Shown one piece after another: positions 30,506-40,794 of a stretch of DNA of 64,000 nucleotides; within the stretch, counting starts at the first letter, position 1, and the number at the start of each line of letters is the position of its first letter. The notes beneath the pieces are model-generated. The model made no database searches, had not been told where the DNA came from, and was given only the letters and a program-made list of their open reading frames with translations. The stretch lies in contig CAXULY010000002.1 of assembly GCA_964252075.1 (NCBI GenBank), positions 1-64,000 of the forward strand, in the 5' to 3' direction. The position numbers and the translations under genes are program-made. The DNA comes from an uncultured Deinococcaceae bacterium. GTDB lineage: Bacteria > Deinococcota > Deinococci > Deinococcales > Deinococcaceae.

Positions 30506-32266
30506 ATGTTCTCAATCTCCTTCCTCCGTCGCCTCATCGCCATCCTTATCGTCCTCGCATGCGGCAGCTCCGCGCTCGCCTGCGTGCAGGGCGCGTGCGT
30601 GTTCGCCGGGCCGCGGCTCGCCAGCGTGGACAGCCAGCGCGGACTGCTGCTGAACGCCCTGATGGGCGGCCTGCTGAACAGCTCCGTGAACCTCAGCGTG
30701 CTGGACTGGCAGGCCGTCGCGGCCAGCGACCTCAACCTCGGCGCGTACCTGAACGCCCTGAAGGCCCGCACCACGGTCTCCAGCACCGACGAGGTGCTGC
30801 AGACCCAGGTGACGCTCCTCGCGGCGCTGACCGCCGCCCTCGACGTCGCGCAGGCGGACGGCAACACCGCGCTCGTGAACGCCCTGAACGCCATCACCGT
30901 CCCCATTGCGCCGCTCACCACGCCCATCCGGCTGGGAGAGCTCCTGCAACTCACCTTCCCCGTCGGCGCCCTCACGGACGCGCGCGTGAACGTTCTGGAC
31001 CTCCTCACGGGGCTCGTGGAACTCTACAACTACAAGAACGTCCTCACCACCCGGCAACCCATCACCCTCAGCGGCAGCGCGCTCGGCCTGAGCGGCGTGC
31101 TGGACACCGTGCAGGTGTACGCGCAGGTGGTGGAGCCGCCCATCTACACGTGCGGCCCGGCGGGCACGACCTTCCACACCGCCGCGCTGCGCCTGAAACT
31201 GGACGTCGATCTGGTGGACCAGAACCTCGACGCGACCGCCCTCGTGAACGCCCTGCAGCTGGCCCTCGTCGGCACGCAGGTGACGGCCCGGGTGGCCCTG
31301 GTGCACCTCGACGCGTACGTGGAGGTCGCGCGCGCCGAAGGCAGCATCGCCGCGATCAACCACCTCGCGCACGCCGTCACCCTGGACGGCGCGCCGGGGC
31401 TGGTGGACGTGTACCTGGGGCGCATCCCGGACGCGCTGTTCTACAACATCGCGCGCCCCATCGACCCGCAGACGGACGTGCAGCCCGCCCCCATCGCGAA
31501 ACTCGACCTGAGCGTCAAGCAGACCGCCCTGGGTTCCCTCACCCTGGCGGCCCTCACGGGCGTGGATGTGCTCGCGAGCAGCAGCGCCCGCGGCGAGGAC
31601 GGGGCCTCCCGGCGCTTCACGGTCACCGCCCCGTTCCCGCGCACCGTGACGGTCTCGTCCAGCAGCATCCTGGTGGGGAACCTCGTCGGGTCACTTGCAG
31701 GGAACCTGAAGGTGACGCTCGGCAGCTCGCTGGGGGCGCTGCTCGACCCGCTGGTGAACAGTGTGATCCTGCCGTCCGTGAAGACCCTGGTGGGCGGGGC
31801 GATCGTGCCCCCCCTGAACGCCGTGCTGTCCGGCGTGGTGGACCCCCTGCTGGCGCTGCTGGGCGTGCAGATCGGGGAGGCGGTGTTCCAGGTGCTCGGC
31901 GAGGGCGAGGCTTGCGCGTGCCTCACGCTGCGCAAGGAGGTGCGCAACGTCAGCGCGAACGGCGGTTTCGGCACCAGCAACGCCGCGCGGCCCGGCGACG
32001 AACTGGAGTACTGTATCACCTACGCCAACCCTGGCCTGCTGGACGCCCGCAACGTCGTGCTGCGCGACCAGCTGGACGACCTGGCGCGCCCGGTCCTGCA
32101 GGTCCCCGCGTACGGCGGGAAGGACCTGACGCTCGCCGGGGTGGGCCTCACCGCCGCCGCCGACACGGACGCTGGCGGCTGGCAGGGCAACGTCGTGACC
32201 GCGCAGATTCCCGCCGTCACGCCGGGCGCCAGCGGCCAGTGGTGCTTCCGCGCGCAGGTGCTGTAA
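30506..32266 (+). CDS. secreted TadG-like protein with C-terminal DUF11-type domain
   Basis: Signal peptide; LLNALMGGLLNSSVNLSVLDW, VVEPP, HTAALRL, VVDPLLALLGVQIGEA (TadG-like); C-terminal LTLRKEVRN...ARPGDELEYCITYAN...VVLRD. Confidence 0.65.
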   Translation: MFSISFLRRLIAILIVLACGSSALACVQGACVFAGPRLASVDSQRGLLLNALMGGLLNSSVNLSVLDWQAVAASDLNLGAYLNALKARTTVSSTDEVLQTQVTLLAALTAALDVAQADGNTALVNALNAITVPIAPLTTPIRLGELLQLTFPVGALTDARVNVLDLLTGLVELYNYKNVLTTRQPITLSGSALGLSGVLDTVQVYAQVVEPPIYTCGPAGTTFHTAALRLKLDVDLVDQNLDATALVNALQLALVGTQVTARVALVHLDAYVEVARAEGSIAAINHLAHAVTLDGAPGLVDVYLGRIPDALFYNIARPIDPQTDVQPAPIAKLDLSVKQTALGSLTLAALTGVDVLASSSARGEDGASRRFTVTAPFPRTVTVSSSSILVGNLVGSLAGNLKVTLGSSLGALLDPLVNSVILPSVKTLVGGAIVPPLNAVLSGVVDPLLALLGVQIGEAVFQVLGEGEACACLTLRKEVRNVSANGGFGTSNAARPGDELEYCITYANPGLLDARNVVLRDQLDDLARPVLQVPAYGGKDLTLAGVGLTAAADTDAGGWQGNVVTAQIPAVTPGASGQWCFRAQVL

Positions 32267-32286
32267 GGCGCCGCAGCGCCCGGACG

Positions 32287-33522
32287 TTAGGCGCCTTTCA
32301 GGGCGAGCGCGAGGCGCACGGGCCGCAGGCCGTACGCCGTGAGGTACGCCGGCAGGCGGCGCAGCCCGGGCAGGCGGTGCAGCAAACCCAGTCCGCGCAT
32401 GGGCAGGTGCAGCCGCGCGCCGCCGTGAATCGTCACGACCTCACGCTCCTCCACCACCTGCTGCGCCTGCAGCACCGCGATCTGCCACGCGCGGTCCCGC
32501 TGCACCCGCGCGAGGTGCCGCGCGGTGAGGCGCCCGGACAGCAGCGGCGCGGTGAGGCGGTTCGCGCACGCGACGGCGTCCTGAATCGCCATGTTGATGC
32601 CCATCCCGCCGATGGGGGAGATGGGGTGCGCGGCGTCCCCGATCAGCAGCAGGCCCGGCCTGAACCAGCGGCGCACGCGCGCGACTTCCACCGACAGCAG
32701 CTTCAGGTCCCGCCACTCACGCAGCAGGTGCGCGCGGTCCGCCAGCCACGGAATGGTGTCGCGCACCGCCGCCCGCACGGGCTCCACCCCGAGCGCGCGG
32801 TGCCGCGCGTAACTGCCCTTCTCGATGCTGATGCCCACCTGCCAGCGCGCGCCGTGGTCCGTCGTGACGAGGCAGTGCGGCCCGCCGAGGTACAGGTCAA
32901 TGGAGCCGCTCGGGTCGCTCGCGCGGCGCGGCAGGGAGAACCACAGCACGTCCTGGCCGGGAGAGAGCCGCGTGAGGCGCAGGCCGGACGCCGCGCGCAC
33001 GCGCGAGTGCCGTCCGTCCGCGCCGACCGTCAGCGCGGCGCGCTGCGCGCGCAGCACCTCGCCCTGCCGGTAGCGCACGCCCACCACCGCGCCGCCCTCC
33101 TCGATGAGGCCCTCCACGCGCGCGCCGAACTCCACGCGGGCGTGCGGGTGGCGCGCGAGTTCCTCGTGCAGGAACGACAGGAAGCGCGTCTGCGCCATCA
33201 CCGCGAGGTACGGGTACGGGCCGCGCAACTCCGCGAAGTTCGCCACGACCTGCGTGCGCTCCGGGGAGATGAAGCGCGCGCAGCAGGCGCGCGTGTGCTC
33301 CAGCGTCAGCAGGCGCTCCGCGATGCCCAGGGCGTCCATCAGTTCGAGCGTGGCGGGGTGCAGGGTGTCCCCGCGGAACGCCCGGTCGAAGTCCCGCGCG
33401 GCCTCCAGCACCGTGACGGGCACGCCGCGCCGCGCGAGGAGCAGCGCCAGCACCATCCCGGCGGGACCGCCCCCCACGATGCATACGCTGGAGGTGGGCG
33501 GGGGGCTCTGAGCGGCGAACAT
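32287..33522 (-). CDS. FAD-dependent monooxygenase/oxidoreductase
   Basis: IVGGGPAG, FRGDTLHP, VGADGRHS, LIGDAAHPISPIGGMGINMAIQDA. Confidence 0.9.
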   Translation of the reverse strand: MFAAQSPPPTSSVCIVGGGPAGMVLALLLARRGVPVTVLEAARDFDRAFRGDTLHPATLELMDALGIAERLLTLEHTRACCARFISPERTQVVANFAELRGPYPYLAVMAQTRFLSFLHEELARHPHARVEFGARVEGLIEEGGAVVGVRYRQGEVLRAQRAALTVGADGRHSRVRAASGLRLTRLSPGQDVLWFSLPRRASDPSGSIDLYLGGPHCLVTTDHGARWQVGISIEKGSYARHRALGVEPVRAAVRDTIPWLADRAHLLREWRDLKLLSVEVARVRRWFRPGLLLIGDAAHPISPIGGMGINMAIQDAVACANRLTAPLLSGRLTARHLARVQRDRAWQIAVLQAQQVVEEREVVTIHGGARLHLPMRGLGLLHRLPGLRRLPAYLTAYGLRPVRLALALKGA

Positions 33523-33782
33523 GCGGCATTCTGGCCGCGCCGCCCCAGTTGAGCTGTACCGCCCCGACCAGTCTCAAGCTCGGGTTCAGATTCCCAAGCC
33601 ACGCCCAACGCGCGGTCAAGGCGGCGCGCCACTGAAGTGCGTGATTCCCTTCAGACGGGGAGGCGGACGCCCTGACGTCCCGGCGGTTGTGCGCTGGCGT
33701 CCGCTGTCCCACAATCTGGGACAGGGGCCGTCCCTCCCCAACGGGACGCCCCCTGCGGCACCCTGGAGGTGTGCGCCCCCCC

Positions 33783-35630
33783 ATGCAGCTCGAACCCGCC
33801 CTCACCCCCGGTCCGCCCGCGCGACCAGCCCAGGCGCTGGTGCCGTGGGTGCTGCCCGCGCTGGCGCTGCTGGCGGCGGCGCTGGCGCTGCGCGCGGGCC
33901 TGCACGACCGCTGGCTGGACCTCGTGTGGAGCGTGCGCGCCCTGGACGCGCAGACCTGGTCGCCGCTCCTGACGCGCCTGCGGTACGCCCTCGACGCGGG
34001 CGCGCTGGTCCTCGCGGCGCTCGCGGCGGCGCTCGTGCTGCGCCACGACGCAGGCCGCGCGCGCCTGGCGCGGGCGCTGGCGCTCCTCACGCTCGGCGCG
34101 GTGAGCAGCGCCCTGCTGGACGGCTGGCTGGGCGCCGCGCGGGGCCCCCTGCTGGGCGCGGCGCTCGCCCTGCTCGGCGCGCTCGCGCTGCACGGCGCCC
34201 GTCGGGACGCGCCGCCCGCGCGGCGCTGGGGGGAAGTGGCGCTCCTCGCGTGCGCCCTCATCTTCGCGTTCGGGGCCTTGCCGGCCGACCTCACCGGGCG
34301 CCCCACCGCGCTGCTCGGCTCCGCGCGGCTCGGCGTGTGGTGGAACGAGCTGGGGCGCCCCGCCGCGCGCGACCTCGGCTTCGTGGCGTTCCTGGTGGGG
34401 GCGGCGCTCGCGTGGCTGGAGCGTCGCCCGGACGCGCTGCGTGGCGGCGTGGCGCGTGCGGCGGTCGCGGTGGGCCTCGCGGGCTTCACGGCGGCGGTGT
34501 ACGTGGGCGTGGTGGGCGGCGTGGGCGCGCTCCTCGGTACCCAGAACAACGTCTGGCTCGGCATGCTCGCCGCGGCCCTCATCGCGCTGGCCTTCGGTGG
34601 GGTGCGCGCGGCGCTCTCGCGCGGCGTGAACCGCGTGCTGTACGGCGAGCGCGACGACCCGTTCCTCGTGACGCGCCGCCTCGCGCGCGTCCTGTCCGGC
34701 GCGCCGGAGCCGCGCGAGCGGCTCGCGTCGGCCCTCGACCTGCTGGTGTCGGCGCTGCGCCTGCCGGGCGCGGAGCTGCGCCTCGTGAGCGGCGAACTGC
34801 TGCGGCGCGGTGCGGACGCGGCGGCGGGGGAGACTTGGCCGCTCGTGGCGGGCGGGGAGCGCGTGGGGACCCTCACGGTGGCGCGCCGCAGCGCGCGCGA
34901 GGTGTGGTCCGAGGCGGACCGGGTGCTGCTGGAGGCCGTCACCGGGCAGCTCGCGGACGCCGCGCGCGCGTGGGCGCTGTCGCAGGCCCTCACGGCGTCC
35001 CGCGAGCGATTGGTGCGCGCTGGTGAGGACGAGCGGCGCCGCCTGAGGCGCGACCTGCACGACGGCCTCGGCCCGGCGCTGGCGGGCCTCGGCCTCAAGC
35101 TGGAGGCGGCGCGCCTGCTGCTCGCGCGCTCACCGGAGCGCGCGCAGGCGCACCTCGCCGCCCTGAGTGACGAGGTGCGCGAGAGCGTCGGCGAGGTGCG
35201 CCGCCTCGTGCACGACCTGCGCCCCCCGAAACTCGACGACCTGGGCCTGCGCGCCGCCCTGGACGACGCGCTCTCCGGCGCGCGCGCCGCGGACCTCGCC
35301 GCGCGGCTGGACGCCCCGGACGCGCTCCCACCGCTCGGCGCGGCGGCGGAAGTCGCGGTGTACCGCATCGCCCAGGAGGCCCTCACGAACGTGCTGAAGC
35401 ACGCGCGCGCGCGCCGTGTGACGCTGCGCGTGTGCGCGCGGCCCGACGCCCTCACCCTGGAAGTGGAGGACGACGGCGTGGGCCTCCCGGACGTGCGCGA
35501 GCCGGGCGTCGGCTCGCGCTCCATGCGCGAGCGCGCCGAGGCGCTGTCCGGCACGCTGGAGTGGATTCGCCTGGAGGGCGGCGGTACGCTGGTGAGAGCG
35601 ACCCTCCCCACCGGCGAACCGCTGGCGTGA
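33783..35630 (+). CDS. membrane sensor histidine kinase (HisKA_3 type)
   Basis: Multi-TM N-terminus, GAF-like segment, ERRRLRRDLHDGLG, QEALTNVLKHA, DDGVG. Confidence 0.93.
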   Translation: MQLEPALTPGPPARPAQALVPWVLPALALLAAALALRAGLHDRWLDLVWSVRALDAQTWSPLLTRLRYALDAGALVLAALAAALVLRHDAGRARLARALALLTLGAVSSALLDGWLGAARGPLLGAALALLGALALHGARRDAPPARRWGEVALLACALIFAFGALPADLTGRPTALLGSARLGVWWNELGRPAARDLGFVAFLVGAALAWLERRPDALRGGVARAAVAVGLAGFTAAVYVGVVGGVGALLGTQNNVWLGMLAAALIALAFGGVRAALSRGVNRVLYGERDDPFLVTRRLARVLSGAPEPRERLASALDLLVSALRLPGAELRLVSGELLRRGADAAAGETWPLVAGGERVGTLTVARRSAREVWSEADRVLLEAVTGQLADAARAWALSQALTASRERLVRAGEDERRRLRRDLHDGLGPALAGLGLKLEAARLLLARSPERAQAHLAALSDEVRESVGEVRRLVHDLRPPKLDDLGLRAALDDALSGARAADLAARLDAPDALPPLGAAAEVAVYRIAQEALTNVLKHARARRVTLRVCARPDALTLEVEDDGVGLPDVREPGVGSRSMRERAEALSGTLEWIRLEGGGTLVRATLPTGEPLA

Positions 35631-35649
35631 AGGGCGCTCAAGGAGATGC

Positions 35650-36306
35650 ATGGATGACGCTGTGCCCCCACCCACCCGCGTCCTGATCGCCGACGATCAC
35701 CGCTTGTTCCGTGAGGGCCTGCGCGCCCTCCTGGCGGTGTCCGAGCACCTCAGCGTGGTGGGTGAAGCTGAGAACGGACAGCAGGCCGTGGAGCTCAGCG
35801 CGCGCCTCACGCCGGACGTGATCGTGATGGACATCCAGATGCCGCTGCTCAGCGGCCTGGACGCCACCCGGCGCATCGTGCAGGGCGCCAGCGAGCCGCC
35901 CGGCATCCTGATCGTGAGCATGTTCGATGATGACGACAACGTCTTCGCGGCCATGCAGGCGGGCGCGCGCGGGTACCTCCTGAAGGGCGCCGCGCCTGAG
36001 GACCTGCTGCGCGCCGTGGAGGCCGTCGCGCGCGGCGAGGCGCTCTTCGGGCCGGGCATCGCGCAGCGCCTCATGCGGTACTTCAGCCGCTCCGCGCGGC
36101 GCGCCACGAGCGCCTTCCCGGAACTCACGGACCGCGAGCGGGAAATCCTGGCGCTGATCGGGCAGGGGCAGCGCAACCCCGGCATCGCGCGGTCCCTGGA
36201 GCTCTCCGAGAAGACCGTGCGCAACCACATCACGAACATCTTCTCGAAGCTGCAGGTGAGCAGCCGCGCGGAGGCCGCGCAGCGCGCCCAGGAGGCCGGC
36301 CTGTGA
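35650..36306 (+). CDS. NarL/LuxR family response regulator
   Basis: VLIADDH, VMDIQMP, GYLLK, LTDREREIL, SEKTVRNHITNIFSKL. Confidence 0.95.
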   Translation: MDDAVPPPTRVLIADDHRLFREGLRALLAVSEHLSVVGEAENGQQAVELSARLTPDVIVMDIQMPLLSGLDATRRIVQGASEPPGILIVSMFDDDDNVFAAMQAGARGYLLKGAAPEDLLRAVEAVARGEALFGPGIAQRLMRYFSRSARRATSAFPELTDREREILALIGQGQRNPGIARSLELSEKTVRNHITNIFSKLQVSSRAEAAQRAQEAGL

Positions 36307-37301
36307 GGGGCGCGCGCACCCTGCGCGCCGCACTGACCGCCGCGGTCCTGGCGAGCGGCGTGGCGGGCGCCGCGCCGCTCGACGGGTGGCGGCGCGGCGT
36401 GAACCTGGAGGGCTGGCTGGGCGCGACCTTCGCGCCGCTGGGCGCGGCGCAGCTGGGCCAGCTGCGCGCCATGCGTGCGGCGGGCTTCGACTTCGTGCGC
36501 GTGCCGCTCGACCCGGCGCTGTTCATCGCCGCGCCGCCCGGCGCGGCGGAACCGCAGGCCTCCCTCGACCGGCTGCTGCGCGAGGCGCGCGCGCGCGGCC
36601 TCGGGGTGGTCGTGACGCTCGCGCCCAGCGCGGACCTGAAGCGCCAGGTGCTGCTGGGCGGCCTCGCGCGCGACACCTACCTCGCGCTGCTGGAGCGCCT
36701 CGCGCAGCGCGTCGCGGCCGCGAACCTGCCGCGCGCCCTCATCGAGCCGCTCGACGAGCCCGTGGACCCCACGAACGCCGGGTGCGCGCCCAGCGCCTTC
36801 AACTGGTCGGGCGCCCTGTCGGCCTTCGTGGCGGCCGCGCACCGCGGCGCGCCCGCCCTGCCCGTGCTGGTGAGCGGCCTGTGCTACGCCGACGCGACCT
36901 CCCTGGTGGACCTGCGTCCGCTCGCGGACCGGAACGTCGTGTACGGCTTCCAGTACCTCGACCCGCTGGCGTTCACGCAGCAGGGCAACCCCACCGATGA
37001 CAGCTGGAAGGTGCTGCGGAACGTGCACTACGCGAAGGCGGACGCCCAGACCATGCGGCGCGCCTTCGAGCTGGTGGGCGGCTGGGCGCGGCGGTACGGC
37101 GCGCAGGTGATGCTCACGTCCTTCACGGTGCACCGCAGCGCCCCACCCGCGGACCGCCTGCGCTGGCTGCAGGACGCGCGCGCGCAGGCGGAACGCCAGA
37201 AGTTCGCGTGGGCGGCGTGGACGTGGCAGAGTCCCTACGGCTTCAGCCTCAGCGACGGCCGCACCCTCCCAGCCGACGTGCGCCGCGCCCTCGGCCTGTG
37301 A
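36303..37301 (+). CDS. secreted GH5-fold protein, probably catalytically inactive
   Basis: Signal peptide, RRGVNL, GFDFVRVPLDP, PLAFTQQG, WAAWTW; GTG overlaps the regulator stop; catalytic motifs altered. Confidence 0.8.
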   Translation: MRGARTLRAALTAAVLASGVAGAAPLDGWRRGVNLEGWLGATFAPLGAAQLGQLRAMRAAGFDFVRVPLDPALFIAAPPGAAEPQASLDRLLREARARGLGVVVTLAPSADLKRQVLLGGLARDTYLALLERLAQRVAAANLPRALIEPLDEPVDPTNAGCAPSAFNWSGALSAFVAAAHRGAPALPVLVSGLCYADATSLVDLRPLADRNVVYGFQYLDPLAFTQQGNPTDDSWKVLRNVHYAKADAQTMRRAFELVGGWARRYGAQVMLTSFTVHRSAPPADRLRWLQDARAQAERQKFAWAAWTWQSPYGFSLSDGRTLPADVRRALGL

Positions 37302-37355
37302 AGGAACGGCGCTCAAAGCGCAAGGCCACCCCACGCCGATCCATGCGGCACCCGG

Positions 37356-38327
37356 TCAGGGCGCCGGGATGCTCCAGAACAGGCTGGGGCGCGTGCCGAA
37401 GAGCGCGTACCGGTCATAGCCCTCCAGCAGAAGGACGACATCCACGCGCCCCCCACCGAACTCTGGGTACGCCGTCTCCAGGTGCACCCGCACCGGGAAT
37501 GACGCGGGGAAGGTCGTGGCGGTGTATTGCCGGTCCGGCTCCAGCAGCCGGATGCCCGGATCGCTCCTGTTGAAGACCTCCAGCCTGAAGGACACTGGCC
37601 CGTCGTGCGGTCTGGGGTCGTTCCCATACCCGTCGTCACGCATCACCAGGGTGGCGGTCACGTCCGCGCCGCGAACGGCGCGGACCGTGTCGGGCGCGAA
37701 ACTGAAGGTGTAGTTCAGGGGCGAGTCCTTCGCGGCGCAGGTGATGATGGGGTTGGCCCAGTCGGCGTGGTCATGGCTGCCGCCGTTCCTGGCGTCCGTG
37801 ACGATGAGCCTCAGGTTCCGCGTGCCCCCCACGTCGATGTTCAGGTGCCGGGTGTCGCTCGCGCCCGTCATGACGCCACTGTCGAAGGCCTTCACGCCGT
37901 CCAGGTACACCTGGAACACCACGCTGCCGAGCGCGCCGACCTCGTCATCCACGCCGACGTCCGCGGTGAAGCGCGTGCAGGTGGCGGCGTTGGTGCCACC
38001 GAGGCTGAATTGCAGGTCGCTGCCCGCGTGCGTGCCGAACCCCGACGGGTAGGTGCGGCCGTTCAGGGTGAGGGCGTGACCGTCGCGTGGGGCGCGCTCG
38101 CCGTTGCTGTGGTTGACCTCGATGGGTCCCCAGCCGTTCGTGGCGGCGAGGATGGCCTCGAAGGTGAGGTGGTTGTCGCCCGGCGTGAGGCGCTGCGCGG
38201 ACAGGGTGAGGGGTGCGGCGTACGTCCAGGGTGCCGTGCCGTCCCCCGCGTGCGGGGTGGGCACCTGCGCGCATGCGAGCAGCAGGACTGCGGAGGGCAG
38301 GAGGCGCAGCGAGCGGGGGGTGGGCAT
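37356..38327 (-). CDS. NPCBM/NEW2-domain lipoprotein
   Basis: Lipobox [36 protein letters not shown]; unassigned beta-rich C-terminus. Confidence 0.85.
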   Translation of the reverse strand: MPTPRSLRLLPSAVLLLACAQVPTPHAGDGTAPWTYAAPLTLSAQRLTPGDNHLTFEAILAATNGWGPIEVNHSNGERAPRDGHALTLNGRTYPSGFGTHAGSDLQFSLGGTNAATCTRFTADVGVDDEVGALGSVVFQVYLDGVKAFDSGVMTGASDTRHLNIDVGGTRNLRLIVTDARNGGSHDHADWANPIITCAAKDSPLNYTFSFAPDTVRAVRGADVTATLVMRDDGYGNDPRPHDGPVSFRLEVFNRSDPGIRLLEPDRQYTATTFPASFPVRVHLETAYPEFGGGRVDVVLLLEGYDRYALFGTRPSLFWSIPAP

Positions 38328-38682
38328 GGCGAACTCCGTTCCGGCGCTGGGCCGCGGCCAGCGCCAATGCACGTGAGGCGGGCGAACGAACGCCGAACGG
38401 AACTCCTGATGCGTCACCCGAGGGCTGAGGGTGAGTGGCACCGCCCTGAACGCGTGGGTCTCTGGCTCAGGGGCGGCCCGCGAACGACGGTGCCTGATGG
38501 TCAGGTGAATGAATCCGGGGGTGGGCGAAGGAAGGCCGAACCACGTCCATCGTGCACTACATGCCACCTGCGCCGCTGAGTGCGTCCTTCTGCCTCACTC
38601 CATGCAGGGTGGGGACCGGACCGTCAACGAAGCGCGGGTGAGGGCGCGCCCCGCTTCCTTCGCCGCAGGAGAGGCCGCCCCG

Positions 38683-39282
38683 TCACGCTTCGCTCTCGCT
38701 CTTGGCGAGCACGCGCTCGATGCGCCGGTCCGGCACCAGCCACATCAGCGCCACCGCCACCAGCATCACGCCCGAAACGACCGACCCCACACGGCCGAAG
38801 AACGGCGCGACGAGCGCCACCGCGTACCCGATGAGTGACAGGTTGCCTTTCACGTCGCTGCCCGTCGCCTCGGCGAGCAGGTGATTGCTGGCGTCCACGT
38901 GAATGAGGGCGCGCACCAGGATGGTGTACGCGGCGCCCGCCATCAGCGCGACGATGGCGTAGCAGGTCATGGGCACCGCCCCGAAGTGGCTCTCGCCCGC
39001 CCAGCCCGTCACGAAGGGAAACAAGGACAGCCAGAAGAGCAGGTGCAGGTTCGCCCACATGACCTTGCCGTTGATGTGCCGCACGGTGTGCATCAGGTGG
39101 TGGTGGTTGTTCCAGTAGATGCCGACGTAAATGAAACTCACCGCGTACCCGACCAGCACCGGCCAGAGGTGCAGCAGGTCCGCCCAGCCGTCGTGCGTGG
39201 GCGTGCGCAGTTCGAGCACCATGATGGTGATGATGATGGCCATCACCCCATCGGAGAACGCCTCCAGTCGAGCTTTGGTCAT
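38683..39282 (-). CDS. TMEM175 family (DUF1211) potassium channel protein
   Basis: RLEAFSDGVMAIIITIMVLE, YWNNHHH, LFPFVT. Confidence 0.92.
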   Translation of the reverse strand: MTKARLEAFSDGVMAIIITIMVLELRTPTHDGWADLLHLWPVLVGYAVSFIYVGIYWNNHHHLMHTVRHINGKVMWANLHLLFWLSLFPFVTGWAGESHFGAVPMTCYAIVALMAGAAYTILVRALIHVDASNHLLAEATGSDVKGNLSLIGYAVALVAPFFGRVGSVVSGVMLVAVALMWLVPDRRIERVLAKSESEA

Positions 39283-39387
39283 GCCGTATCTTCACACGTC
39301 CGCGAGCGGCGCAGCCCACATGGAGCCGCCGGGCGCAGCGGCGCCCCCTTGACACCGAAGTGTCGGGGGGCGCCGCGCCGGGCGCGC

Positions 39388-40611
39388 TCAGGCGGGCGTG
39401 CCTGGGCGCGCGGGTTGCGGGCGGTTCATGCGGAACACCGCAAGGCCAGCGGCGAGCAGCAGCGCCGCCGCGAAGAACGCGATGCCCGGCACGTGCGGCG
39501 CGGCGCCGGACTCCGCGAAGTGGGCGAAGATGGTGGTCGCGGCGAGCGGGCCCACAATCGCGCACAATGAACCCAGGCCGCTCAGCGCGCCCTGCACCGC
39601 GCCCTGCGCGTCACGCGCGGCCTTTCCCACGATGAGCGCCTGAAGGGGCGGCATGGCGAGCCCCCCAAGCGCCGCGATGGGCATCGCCGCGCAGATCATC
39701 CAGCTGTGCGACGCGACGCCGTACAGGACATTCCCCACGATGCCGAACGCCATGCCGAGCGCGAAGGTGCCCTCGTTGCCCAGGCGCTTCAGGACGCGCG
39801 GGAGGAGGACCGTCTGGACGGGCACGCCGAGCAGCCCGGCGAGCGCGAGGGCGAGGCCGTTGGCGGCGGTCGTCCAGCCGTACCGGGCGGCGCCGTGCAG
39901 CACCCAGGTGCTCGTCAGGAACTGCATCGCGAGGTTCGAGAGGACCGTCACGAGGGCCAGCGCCGGCAGGCCCGGGAAGCGGGCGAGGGTGCCCAGCGCG
40001 CGCAGGGGAATGAGGGCGCGGACGTCGAACGCGCCGGGCGTGGGCCGGCGGGACTCAGGCAGCACGAGCAGGCCGTACAGGAAGTTCAGGGCCGCGAGGG
40101 CCGCGGACACGATGAAGGGCAGGCTCAGGCCGCGCTGTCCGAGCAGGCCGCCCACCGCGGGCCCCACGATGAGCCCCAGCCCGAAGGCCGCGCTGGCGAA
40201 GCCGAAGTTGCGCGCGCGGTTCTCGGGTGTGCTGACGTCCGCAATGTACGCGTACGCGACCCCGAGGGTGGAGCCGCCCACGCCGCCCAGCGCGCGGGCG
40301 AGGAAGAGCCACCCGAGGGACGGGGCGAGGGCCGCCAGACCGTACGCTAGGGCGGTCGTGATGGTGCCCACCAGCAGCACCGGTCGGCGTCCGAAGCGGT
40401 CGGAGAGCGCCCCGAGGGTGGGGGCGGCCAGGAGTTGCGTGAAGGCGTACAGCGCGACGAGCACCCCGAGGTTCTGCGCGGCGGAGGTGCGGTTGCCCGT
40501 GAAGTGCGCGATCAACTCCGGCACGACGGGAATGACGACGCCGAGTCCCACCATGTCGAGCACCAGGGTCACGAAAATGAAGGGCAGGCCGGGAACGCGG
40601 GCGGTGTTCAT
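39388..40611 (-). CDS. TetA-like (DHA1) MFS efflux transporter
   Basis: LDMVGLGVVIPVVP, motif A GALSDRFGRRPVLL, AYIADVS, GPAVGG, LPES; AAGGAG RBS. Confidence 0.9.
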   Translation of the reverse strand: MNTARVPGLPFIFVTLVLDMVGLGVVIPVVPELIAHFTGNRTSAAQNLGVLVALYAFTQLLAAPTLGALSDRFGRRPVLLVGTITTALAYGLAALAPSLGWLFLARALGGVGGSTLGVAYAYIADVSTPENRARNFGFASAAFGLGLIVGPAVGGLLGQRGLSLPFIVSAALAALNFLYGLLVLPESRRPTPGAFDVRALIPLRALGTLARFPGLPALALVTVLSNLAMQFLTSTWVLHGAARYGWTTAANGLALALAGLLGVPVQTVLLPRVLKRLGNEGTFALGMAFGIVGNVLYGVASHSWMICAAMPIAALGGLAMPPLQALIVGKAARDAQGAVQGALSGLGSLCAIVGPLAATTIFAHFAESGAAPHVPGIAFFAAALLLAAGLAVFRMNRPQPARPGTPA

Positions 40612-40794
40612 AAGGCACTCCTTGATGTGAGAGACACGACCGGGCCACCCCACCGCGGGTCGGGGTGGGTGGACGTGATCCTCCTGTGTGGTGCGGTGAG
40701 GGTGAACGATGCCGGGCGCGGCGTTGGGGATGCTGGCTGCGTCACAGCGATAGGCTGTTGCCATTCTGTGTGGAGACAGCACCGCCGCGCTGAT

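Noticed and set aside
30310..33552. 1080-aa plus-strand ORF
   Set aside because: Off-frame and antisense overlap of two well-supported genes; low-complexity composition.
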